Of a stretch of DNA of 64,000 nt, positions 11,863-22,874 are shown one piece after another; position 1 is the stretch's first letter; each line of letters begins with the position of its first letter. The notes below the pieces were generated by a model. That model worked only from the letters and a program-made list of their open reading frames with translations, was not told the origin of the DNA and did not search any database. Source of the stretch: Macrostomum lignano (Eukaryota); assembly GCA_002269645.1 (NCBI GenBank), contig NIVC01000530.1, positions 310,001 through 374,000 of the forward strand. Direction: 5' to 3'. The translations under genes were made by a program, and so were the position numbers.

Positions 11863-12549
11863 GTAAATTTATCGCAAATGCTTTTACTTTATGGAGCTTG
11901 CCTGGCTTTCAGGATAGTGGAGAGAGCAAAGAGCAAACAGGGCAGTGCAGCGAAGAGATATCGCGTAAGACTTAGTCCTGTATTCGTATCTGCGCGTGGC
12001 CATAATAATTTGAACAGAGAGCGTAGATAAAGTCAAGGCTGCAATACACCCTTGTCTTCGTACGTATTCCTACGCTGTACATGTACTGACGTAGTGTACG
12101 TCTTCGTACTTATCAGGGGTCAGCGAAATGGGGTACGACTGCGTGCCAGTGTACGCTTGCTGCAGTCTGTGACAGTGTTACCTCGTACGAGCGTAACAGC
12201 TACATTTAATGAAGTTGCCTTTAGTGAATTTGAATATGATGCAGAATTTTTACACGTTATTGTCAAAAAATGCTTTCATCTAATTTCTGGCGAAAAGTTT
12301 TATGGTTTTCAGACCAAAGTGAGAGCTGATTTAGACACTGAACTTAACTAGATAGATAAATATAGAAAATACTAGCAGCCTAGTGTCCCCCCTTCAGAGC
12401 GCCATAATGAGAATCCTTTAAAATAAAAGCATGTTTTCTTAAAAGCATTCCTTTTTTCAGTTTAATAACTCACCTTATTTGATTAATTTAAATTTCTTCA
12501 AATATGGAATAAAACTTTTTGAATAAACTACAAGTAGCAATTCTTACCT

Positions 12550-12790
12550 CTCAGCCTTGATATCTTAGCAATTCCTCTAGTAAGCCTCGAGATCTCAGCA
12601 ATTCCCCCAGTAAGCCTCGACATCTCAGCAATTCCCCTAGTAAGCCTCGAGATCTCAGCAATTCCCCCAGTAAGCCTCGAGATCTCAGCAATTCCCCTAG
12701 TAAGCCTCGACATCTCAGCGATTCCCCCAATAAGCCTTGACATCTCAGATATTCCTCCAGTAAGCCTCGACATCTCAGCAATTCCAGACA
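12550..12790. repeat. 30-bp minisatellite, about 8 copies (AGTAAGCCTCGAGATCTCAGCAATTCCCCT-like)
   Basis: Directly visible. It produces the periodic ORF IAEMSRLTGG on the minus strand. Confidence 0.9.
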
Positions 12791-12867
12791 CACAATATAC
12801 ACATAAGTACACATTGAAAAGCATAAGAAGCTGTTGCTTTCTATTTTCTTTATTTGCTTAACGGACA

Positions 12868-13431
12868 ATGTTTTTCTCGCTTCTATTGGCTTCTGTACTG
12901 GCTTCACTAGTTGTGGGCTTTCTTCTGTCTGCAATATACCACAAATTTGATATACTTTTTACTTGCGAGAGAAATTCGGTGAGTCATATAGAAGCATGAA
13001 ATTCAATTTTAAGTCTGCCCCCAAGGGTTCCACGTCACCATTCGTACCATTTTTGTACTATGCTCAAACATAACCCATGTATAGTTCAATTTCCTTAGTA
13101 TGCGTTCTTAGTGCTTCGACAATGACATGGTAATTTTTAATTGATACTTCGGGAACGGATGTATTTTCAGCCACTGAGAGGTCACGCTGGACAATGTCCA
13201 AGTCAGCACAATGCAGGTCAGGCCGTCCCAATGCGAATACGGAACAACTTCGCAGTCCAAAGTGACTCACGCGGCAGCAGTGAATACGACTACCCAATCA
13301 CTGAGCAATCAGGGAGCTGCGAAAATGAGCAGTTGGGTCACGAAGGTGCCTACACGCAGGTGCTGCTGGCTCCTTTACAGGGATTACTGAATGAAGGTCA
13401 ATCAGACTGCAAATGCTACTTGAGTCAGTAG
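12868..13431 (+). CDS. Two-exon 123-aa small membrane protein (N-terminal hydrophobic anchor, Tyr-containing tail)
   Basis: ATG at 12868 follows an in-frame TAA at 12859. Exon 12868-12978 (MFFSLLLASVLASLVVGFLLSAIYHK...) ends at GTGAGT. The acceptor TTTTCAG opens exon 13171-13431 in the same phase 0, with SEYDYP and GAYTQV. Confidence 0.55.
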
Positions 13432-13794
13432 AGTATTCCAGTAAGAACTCGAGAGGCTGTGGGATAGATTTTGACATTGTTGCTTTCTGAGTACACCAGT
13501 GTCAAATATTCAGCCATGCGAGTCATAATTAAACACTTCAAACCGAATCTGACTTGGCCACAAGTCGGTAATTCTGATGCTTAATACTGTCCAGTACTGA
13601 TTTATCACTTTGTGCACTACTTAATAGCTCTGATTCTTATCGTTTTTAGAGTAGTAAAAAGTGAAAAGTAAAAATTAGAATTTTTTGTGGCTATAGAATT
13701 TTACTTTTTTTAAGCGACTTATTGAAGCGGCCCTTCCTCTGGTGCTATTCCAGTTCAAACTTTGCTTCTTTAACAGTAATTAAACTCGATTTTG

Positions 13795-14345
13795 AGTAAC
13801 TCCCTATTTTGATTAATAAAACAATGTACATTATATTTATTTATTCTCAAAAAAATGAATCATAAAAGGTAGGCATAAATGGTAAGTTATCTCTAAAATT
13901 CAATATGTGCCCCAGATCTTTCCACCAGCTGCTGCAAACGTTCAGGAATGGCATCCACTGACTTTCTCAGAAACTCCGCTGGGATGGTGGACATGACTCC
14001 CCTTATTCGATCCTCCAGTTCTTCGAGTGTCGTTGTTTTGGAGCCGTAGACTTCTTCCTTTACCCAACCCCAAAGAAAAAAGTCGCAGGGTGTCAAATCC
14101 GGGCTCCTGGATGGCCATTCATGTGGACCACGACGTCCCAACCAACGCCCCGGAAAGCGAGCATCCAGCGCTCCTGAAGTGTTAACTGCTGAGCCATGTT
14201 ACAGTTTTATCTGAAATAAAAAACAAAACTATCAATAAAATTGTACCCTTTGAGAGAATTAATCATAAAAATATGACAAAGCAGCAACAAATTATATACG
14301 ATTTATAAGTAATTTAAAATAGGGAGTTACTTTCCGCCCACCCTG
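13795..14345 (-). mobile_element. Internally deleted Tc1/mariner DNA transposon (rosa/DD41D-like C-terminus)
   Basis: Minus-strand LDARFPGRWLGRRGPHEWPSRSPDLTPCDFFLWGWVKEEVY...LEELEDRI (13893-~14170), joined out of frame to an N-terminal MAQQLTLQER. The intact end reads TA|CAGGGTGGGCGGAAAGTAACTCCCTATTTT (14347-14316). Only the inner AGTAACTCCCTATTTT remains at 13795-13810. Confidence 0.85.
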
Positions 14346-15170
14346 TATTTATTTTTCCGAGTCAAAATTCAGTCAACCTGTTTGTTTTCTGATGCTAGCT
14401 AACAGTTTAAAGAAGTTTTCGAAGAACAAGTGCAATTCTTTATATATGTAGGCCTTATGTACCTCTGAAATGGTGAATTGATAGATCTGGTCTTTGGTTG
14501 CGGTCGGGTTTTTCGTTAAGAGTAGACTTATTACTCGTAGTAGGCTTAGTGCCAGGTAGGTTGATAATATTGATATTTGTACTTTCAGTAGCAGAGTCCC
14601 TGCAATGAGATTCTGGGAAATAGCTATGTGCTCCAAGGATCATAAGCCAGGCAGTATGTCATAGTCTAGCTGAACAGGTTACTAATACTGGTATCCCAAG
14701 CGGACTGATTCATGATTCATGCTATGCAGTTTCTAGCGATCAACCGAATTCTTGATCGCTTATGTAGATGTAACATTAATCATATTCTACGAGCCATTTT
14801 TTAGATTTGCAAGCGCATGTCGTTACCTTCATACTAGCCGTACAAAAACAATTTGTATTCCGTGTACATGAAAGTCGCTTTGTAGGTTGTTACTATACTC
14901 ACATGGGTTTTTACTTGTATTTTGGCTTTATTCTTATCTCTTTTTTGCTCAGAAATCTGCAGTCTAGAAGTACGCATTTTGCTGAAATTGAGACTGAAGG
15001 GTAGAATTTTTGTATAAATTGCAGGAAAGCCACATACTGATACATGTACTTAAATTAGAAAAAAAGTTAATGGTTAAAAGTTAGTACCAAATAAAAAATT
15101 ACTAAAATTAATTCGATTCAATTACGTTTCTAGTTCTTTAGTATAGCTTCATAGCTTGAATAGTTTTGCA

Positions 15171-18100
15171 ATGTCTGATAAGTTGAACAATGGAAATTTC
15201 AAACTTTCTTTTGCGCTTCTGCATGTGAAAGTCTTCATCTTGTTGTTATTGGTTTCAAAGTAAGTGTGACGGGGGACTTGTGGAAAACTTCATTGTTTTA
15301 CTATCATTTTTACTATCAGTAGACTACTACGTAAGTGTATCATATTTTGTATGAATTCTGTGTACGAGTACATTCATTGAATCGGCTTTTATATGTCAGC
15401 AAGTGATGAATTTTTAACAAATCAATAATTTGCCCAGCGCCCATCGTAACTCTCAGCCTTACAATTCGCTGTATCATCTATCGTTTTATATTAACTGTTC
15501 GTTTTTCGTCGCTACTATAAAAACAAATAAAAAACTTGGCCAACTAAGCAAGCAAAATATATCAATTCAATTGTATATTGGACTGCGCTATGCTTTCATT
15601 TTTCTTCGGTCTTGTTCGGTCTTGTTCTGCCAAGGACTGCCAGATTAAATTCGTCACATTTAATGGAGGGTCCCACCTCGAGATTCGAACCCTGGGTCGA
15701 GACGTGCTACTGCTACACAACTTTCCGATCGGAGGAGGAAGGAGATTGAGGCTGAGCGCAGCGACAATACCCAATTCAGCGCGTTCCTCCCAGTCGTCAT
15801 TCCCCTATGGATCATTTGTGCATCTCGACAATCTAAGTAATGCCATAAATTCAGTCCGCCATCGTATCGCTCGACTCGTATTCTGCATCACCGCAGCAAG
15901 TGGCGGTGGCCTCAAAAGGGCCGTTTTACATTACGTTACACCTCACCTGCCTGCGAAACTCACCATAATCATCTCTATTCGGCGGCGATCATTCAACATT
16001 CAACACTTTCTACATGTTCGTACGTCGTTTCGTCGGTACCCACACGACGTGGCCAGCTCCGACCAACTGCGACCTAAAAGGGCCGTTTCAGTCCATTCAA
16101 CTGTACCGGCTACCCCATTCAGACCTTACCGTCCCGTCAACTGAAAATCTGCAACAGCTGCTCTACACCAAGGTTGATATTTTGCTTGTAAAAATGTAAA
16201 TGCTTCAAATAATTATTGCTTGCACTGTGAAACTAATGTTTTTAATCCAATATCAAAATACATGTACGCATGTATTGTTATAATTCAGTGAGTTTCATCA
16301 TTTTCGCCTTTCATATACATGTCCCTGTCATCTTGTGCTATTAAAATGTTTTTTCTGTTCCATCTTTTGCTTCCGTCTCCTGTCGATCTAGTTTCCTTTT
16401 CCCCAGCAACGGGCCCGTGAGCCGTACCATTTTTTGCTGCGCGGTTCTCGTCAGCCGGGCGCCCTTGGCGTCGTTCAGAGTTCGTTGCGACCTTCTTTGT
16501 GCCTGTCTTTCTCTGCACCTCTGCGTACGTTGGCTGGGAGGCATCTGCGACCCACTGGGGTCGCGCCCGTGCGGTCCATCGGGACCGGCCCAGCGGTGAG
16601 CCGTCTGTTGGCTGGCGCATTCGGCGCGTTGTCTGCTGCATTCTGCAGCGTGATGCTATTCGTACACTAATCTCTACTTTTCTTCTCGCGTGCTGTCGCG
16701 CTCTCTTGTGTGCTTACTAAAAATGTTCCTCAGCTCATTTCGTAATCATTGTCTGCATTTTCACTTATGTTATTCAAATTAATATTGACTACATGTATTC
16801 GAGTGCAAATATCTTTTCTTTTAGAGGAAGGCGAGTGTGACGGGGGACTTGTGGAAAACTTCATTGTTTTACTATCATTTTTACTATCAGTAGACTACTA
16901 CGTAAGTGTATCATATTTTGTATGAATTCTGTGTACGAGTACATTCATTGAATCGGCTTTTATATGTCGGCAAGTGATGAATTTTTAACAAATCAATAAT
17001 TTGCCCAGCGCCCATCGTAACTCTCAGCCTTACAATTCGCTGTATCATCTATCGTTTTATATTAACTGTTCGTTTTTCGTCGCTACTATAAAAACAAATA
17101 AAAAACTTGGCCAACTAAGCAAGCAAAATATATCAATTCAATTGTATATTGGACTGCGCTATGCTTTCATTTTTCTTCGGTCTTGTTCGGTCTTGTTCTG
17201 CCAAGGACTGCCAGATTAATTCGTCACATAAGAACCGAACAAAATACTTTTTTTTTAAATATTGCATCCGATTGGACGTCAAACCTTATTGTGCCGAATT
17301 TCAGACACCATGCCGCAAATCACTATTGTGTGAGCGGACTGACGCTGAGTCTGCGACTCGATGATTTCTACCAAAGAGACGAGCTCATCATTCCGCAACT
17401 GACAGATGAGTCTGAGCGAAGTTTGATAAAGCACAGGACCTGTAAGTGGGCCGTCAAAGCGGACTCCCGAAGGAGGGATCTTCAACTCGTGCTGGAAGGG
17501 CGACCAGCTGGTTCTGGGAAAAACCCTGTCAGTTTAAACATTCGCTACTCGCCGGGTTCAAGAGGATGGGCGGCTGTGTCGCCTGGAATGTTTAGAGTAT
17601 TTCCGTTGGCAAAGGGGCAAGTTTTATTTTGCTGACGTCATACAGTGTTTGCATGTAGCAGGTCATACCTATATAGATAAACGGCATAGCACATGCTAAA
17701 TATAGAGCTTTGCTTTAATTTTGCTTAAAACGCGCGTAACAAAAAGTGAGCTACTAAACACGTCATACAAACAAAAAATGTCTTGCTTGGTGCCTTAGGA
17801 TGATATCGATTCTAATGAAAATTTTCTTTCCAGCAATCAGTTCAATGAGGAGACAAACTGGGATACGAGATACCAGAATAGAAGCACGTCAAACCTGAGG
17901 ATTGTCCTGCCACTTCCCGGGTTCTGCAGCCGGGAAATGCTCAGCTTCAATAGAAAATGCTACGCCGTGAGCTCAGCAAAGCAGAATACTTCAGCCGCAA
18001 TGTCCAGCATTGAAGGCGATGCTCAGCTGGCCAGCTTCTCCAGCATGGCTGAGATCAGCGAGCTCATCGCTGCCAGTGAGTGAGCATCGTCTTAGATTGA

Positions 18101-18826
18101 ACTGTAGGCTATGATTTCGAAATTCAATGACACTTTTTTCATCATTTCAGACGGCGAAAAGCTGCAGGAGTTTCCCTACAGGCGGCCCCTGAGCCTGGGC
18201 CAGCCGGTCCGTCTCGGCATGTTTCTGAACGCATCCGCTGCCACAGTGCTGTCCTTTGTCAGGAGTGACAGCGGTTGCCTGCTGCTACAGCCTGTGACAG
18301 ATTTCAAGGACTTCTTGTAAACTTTTACTGCATTTACTTTGCTCTTGAAATGAAAGAATAACGGAGAGAATATGAATAATTGTTCTTCAGACTATCGGAC
18401 AAAGTGGCGGGACCATGCGTGTCGCTGAGAGTGACTGAGTCAGATACAGCGGTGGTCGAGTTCGTTAACTGCAGCAGCCCGATGCTGTCGCTGCTGAGCT
18501 TCCCGGAGACTGCGCGCTCCTTTCCGAGCTCAGCGAAGTGCAGGGATATAAAGCTTGAGAATCTTATTCGTCTGAACAGCTGTCGTCAAGAAACAGCCTC
18601 AGCTACTTCCACGGTAACTGTCGATGCTCCAATCCAACCTTATTTTTTCGACGAATCCCAAGCCTCAGATTTTAGTTTTCAAATCCTGATTTTGGCCTTG
18701 TGTTTGACTTTCCTGCTGATTTCGGGCATCGCATACTTTGTTGTCGCAAAGTCGGACTCTAGCAATACTCGCGAAGTTCTCAAAGTATTTGTTCGCCGAG
18801 ATCTTAAAGGCATTGAAAATTTATAA
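15171..18826 (+). CDS. Cluster gene A: SP - CUB-like - C-type-lectin-like - TM receptor, 414 aa, intact
   Basis: Exons 15171-15259, 17305-17616, 17834-18075, 18151-18316 and 18391-18826 join in frame (1245 nt). Motifs NHYC, CKWAV, CSREMLSFNRKCY, GDAQLASFSS, PVRLGM, GPCVSL, NCSSPMLSL. TM ILILALCLTFLLISGIAYFVV. Intron 2 needs a GC donor. Confidence 0.75.
15265..17228 (+). mobile_element. Non-autonomous LTR retroelement (TRIM-like) in intron 1 of gene A
   Basis: LTRs 15265-15658 and 16836-17228 (TGTGACG...CGTCACA, about 2 differences). 4-bp TSD TAAG at 15261-15264 and 17229-17232. tRNA-Gln-like PBS TGGAGGGTCCCACCTCGAGATTCGAAC at 15664-15690. PPT AGAGGAAGGCGAG at 16823-16835. No recognisable gag/pol inside. 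Confidence 0.9.
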
Positions 18827-20365
18827 TCTATACGAAGAAGAAACTTGCTGCATTTTTACTAACGGCGTAGCTGTGATGGCTAAATAAATTCAGTAGGTGA
18901 GCCTAGTCGTCCGAGTACTGTAGACTAGAGAATCAAACTTCTACCCGAGATCCCTAGCTCGTCAGCCGCAAAACTAATCTTGTCTAGGTATAGTAGCTCT
19001 ATGCAGCGTCTCTAAAAATATTAAATGTTTTTTTTGCTTCTGAACCTTTATCAATTCACGTGATGATGTATTTTTTAACGATAGCAAGTACGTAAGTAAT
19101 TAATCAAATTGCAAAATTTAAATACAATAAAAAAACGTACATTACATGTTTTTATAATCTAATTTTTAGTATATAGGATGCTTATCCTCACTTGAATTTT
19201 TTGAGGAAACTGTTACCATGAGAGTGCAATGACCCATAGTGTGACATCTGTCTACAACATCAGATATGATTCTCAGCTTTCAAACATGGCCGAGATCAGA
19301 AAGCTGTCAGTATGATAATTAATCCTAAATAGAATATTATTGTTTTTAGACAAGAAAGTTCGTAGACTTTGTAGATCCGTCTTACATGAACCACAAGCCA
19401 CTCTGTCCGTGACCTCAAATGAAGACAGCAGAAGTCAATACTTCAACGGGTTTCATAGAGCAAAGATTTCTAGTTAATGGCCCTTACAATATTCCCCTAG
19501 TTTTGTTGAGTGACAACCAAAAATTGATCATCAGCCGCAGTTGAATTCGATATACCGGTATTAAAATTAAGAAACAAATAAAATGTGCGGCTAGAAACTA
19601 CAGTGTTTTAGCAGAAAAAGTTAAGTATATATAATTGAAAGCCCCTCTGAAGTGCTCCTGCCAACTCTCTAAACTGGTGAAATAAGCGACGATGAGTTAG
19701 GAGAAATAAAAAATAACTGCAGCACAGTCAAGTACATCGAATTATATACTCTCTGGATTGTATTTTCGGTTATCTTCTGAAATTGTCTGTCCAGGTCGGT
19801 GATTACAATTAGTGCAACAGCGAGCGTGAGCGAGGGCGAGAAAGCAAACAATTAGACACTGAATCTTACGTGTCCAGTCCCATTCGTTGTAGAAAATAGC
19901 TAGAAACAACAGGTTAGTCATTGATGCTGTCTGCAGCAGCCACGCTGTTTTACGTCGCAATTAACATTTTCATCTCTCTGTCAGTTTTCTGCATACATTT
20001 TTGTCTCTGCAGTGCATGATAATCTGGATAGCTAGAGTGTTGCGGTCTAATGTACAGATAAAGCATAGAATTGAGTCTTATTTAACTGTGCAAGTACTCA
20101 TTCGTGGCTAACTATCTTAAGTTTAATTATTTTGTCGCACCTACAAACTAAAATTGTCTTCTCAACAGGGCAAGACTGAATCTGGAGCTAAATTTTAACC
20201 GGTGGGAATTCCAAAGACTGGCCAAGGGAATACCATACCAATTTAGATATATATAGAAGGCATAGAAGGCATGTATTACCTTCGAATTGTCTTATCTTTT
20301 CTTCTTTTCTAATTGCACTAGTTGGTTAAATCTCAGAGTTTTGAAAACCCTAACTAGAAAGCGAC

Positions 20366-22307
20366 ATGCCTGAAGAAGTTGGCAGATCACTGTGGTCAGC
20401 ATCAGTTCTACTTCTCTGCTTGTTCTCAGTCTGCAAGCTTAAACCGTAAGTTCAGAAAAGCTCTTTTTCCTTTAACTGTTGCTGAGAAGCTCGAACGAGT
20501 GTATATTTTTTTGAAAGAAAAGAACATAATTCTAGTTATTTATGGTAACATTTTTTATTTACGTCATACGTGATATACGATGTATGACAAATTTGATATA
20601 TGTCATACGTATAGTCTACGTTTGCGCTAGTAGTTTTGATTAAGTTTATTTGAATTGCTGTGACTTCTTAGAATCTGATGTGCATGTAATAATCTGGCGT
20701 ACGCGCTATAACAAAAAGTATTGCATACAATAGCGAACAAAAAAACAGATAAATGCCACAAATTAAGTATCGAATCTTTTTGCAAGTTTGAAAAAAACAA
20801 ACTGCTCGTCAAAAACCTGACAGGTGCCTATCAGAGAATCATTACTGCCCAATGGCCACCGAAGTTACGGTTCTGCTTGACGATTACAGCCACAGAAATG
20901 CGACATTCATTCCGAGAAGTCAAGATGGAATTAACGATGGTCCTATTGTAACGGGGCGCTGCAAGTGGACCGTTAAAATCAAAGCGCCAGAAAATCAGCA
21001 AGTTTTGGTGCAAAGACTTCCCGGAATTCCAGCTAAAAATTCTATCAAGCGAAATTCTAGCCTCCTACAGAATGTACTAATCTCCAACCAAAAAGGACTC
21101 AACGACGAGATACGTAGCGCTTCATTTTCTGTGCATTCAGCGCAAAAAAAGGTAAGCATGTACAAAAAACTCCTATCAAAAAATTTCCTAAATAATTTTT
21201 GCGCATCTTTCTTGTCATAATTTAGAAGCAAGTTTGAAATTTCAATCACCTGGGAGGCGGGCAGCTTAAAATCTTACGGCGACTTAGACAATGTTAGAGT
21301 CATGCTACCAATACCTGGATACTGCAGTCGCACCATGCTGGCCTTCAATGGGAAGTGCTATGCTATGAGTGCAGTTGAAAAAAATGTCACCGACGCCATG
21401 TCCAGCGTCAGGGGCGATGCTCAGCTGGCCAGCTTCTCCAGCATGACTGACATCTGCGAGTTCGTTGCAGCCAGTGAGAAAATGTTTGGTTCAAATGTCA
21501 GAGCCGGTGTTTTATTTTATTTATTGTACACATTGAAAATAAAAAAATAACTTTTTCAGACAAAGCAAGAGCAAATGAGTATCCATACAGACGGCCTCTC
21601 CATCTGAGCCAGCGGGTCCGTCTCGGCATGTTTCTCGATTCAGCCGATGCGACAGTGCTGTCCGTGGTCAGGAGTGACAGCGGCTGCCTGCTGAAGCCTG
21701 TAGCTAACTTGGATGAATTCAGGTGAGACTCAAGCTCAATTATTGATTTACTCGCATACCCGATTGTAATAAAATGTATCTTCGAAACTTTTTCAGAGTA
21801 ACTGGCGGAGTGACAGGTTCATGTCTGTCTCTCAGAGCGACCGGGTCAGACACGGTGATAGTCAAGCTCGGCGACTGCAGCAGCCCGATGCTGTCGCTAC
21901 TGAGCTTCCCGGAGACTGCGCGCTCCGTGCCGAGCTCAGCGCACTGCAATGGCAGCGAGCTGATTGACCGGATCGACCATCTGCTCAGTCCTGCTGCAAG
22001 TCTGTTCTCTAGTTCGATAACTTCTGCTGTCACGACTAGTCCAGATATTAAAGCTGCAGCTATACCATTGGAACCTATAATTGTTTCTGGGTGTGCGGGA
22101 CTTCTAATTTGTGCCGCAGCCGTTTTGATATACTTTTGCTTGAAGCGTCGTTCTGGTCGAAATGCTCAACATTATGGAAACGGAGAACAACCGGCCACCC
22201 AAACTATGCAGGAAAACCAGTTACCACTATTGGAATCACCTCTCGAGAGACGTGAATCAAATCAAGTTGCAGAGTCTACTACAGATCGTCAAGAAAGTTT
22301 AGTGTGA
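20366..22307 (+). CDS. Cluster gene B: CUB-like/CTLD-like TM receptor; apparent +1 frameshift in an A7 run at the end of exon 2
   Basis: Exons 20366-20445 (MPEEVGRSLWSASVLLLCLFSVCKLK), 20824-21151, 21226-21473, 21560-21722 and 21797-22307. Exon 2 is 328 nt where the phase requires 327. The tail ends ESLV. Confidence 0.7.
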
Positions 22308-22874
22308 CATCGAAATTCAGTCGAAATTTGGAAAAGATACTCTCGGTACCGGTATATCAATAGAGAGTAAACAACGAACATTGCTTTCCACTTTAACTGT
22401 TCAGTATATGAAAATTCGCATTTAGTCACATTGTGGAACAATTCTACTTCCGTGCAAACGACGAAAAATAAAAGGTACGTAAATAGAATGCACAGGCGAC
22501 AATATTTTTAGGCAGCTATTTTTAGCTATGACAAAGTTCTATACCTATATGCGAATGTGTCATAAATATATATATAGAAATTACTAAACGCAAGCACGTA
22601 CCATGTACCATGTACTTTTGTATTTTGTTCCTAAAAGAGGGTATCAAACCAATGATATAAATAAGTACCATGATGTTCTAACATCACCCTAGAAAAAATG
22701 CATCAGTGATACTCGGTATGCACTTGTACCGGCAGCATTTGCTTCTTGCTACTTTAACAATACTTTTACCATTGTAAGTACCACTCAAAGAAATAACCAA
22801 ATCAAGCTTATATATGCAAGCGAAACAAGCATACTTGTCCTCATCATGCTTTTTATATTGCATCATTATTTTAG

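Noticed and set aside
12528-12934. Minus-strand ORFs with IAEMSRLTGG / LLRSRGLLGE repeats resembling an LRR
   Set aside because: They are translations of the 30-bp minisatellite, with no supporting gene structure.
14903-15000. Alternative signal exon for gene A (MGFYLYFGFILISFLL)
   Set aside because: Its donors are weak or out of phase. 15171-15259 has a phase-2 GTAAG donor like the paralogs.
15578-16720. ORFs inside the LTR element
   Set aside because: No gag zinc knuckle, protease, RT or integrase motifs.
19669-19960. Hydrophobic minus-strand ORFs suggesting a multi-pass membrane gene
   Set aside because: Short, with no coherent multi-exon model or recognisable family.
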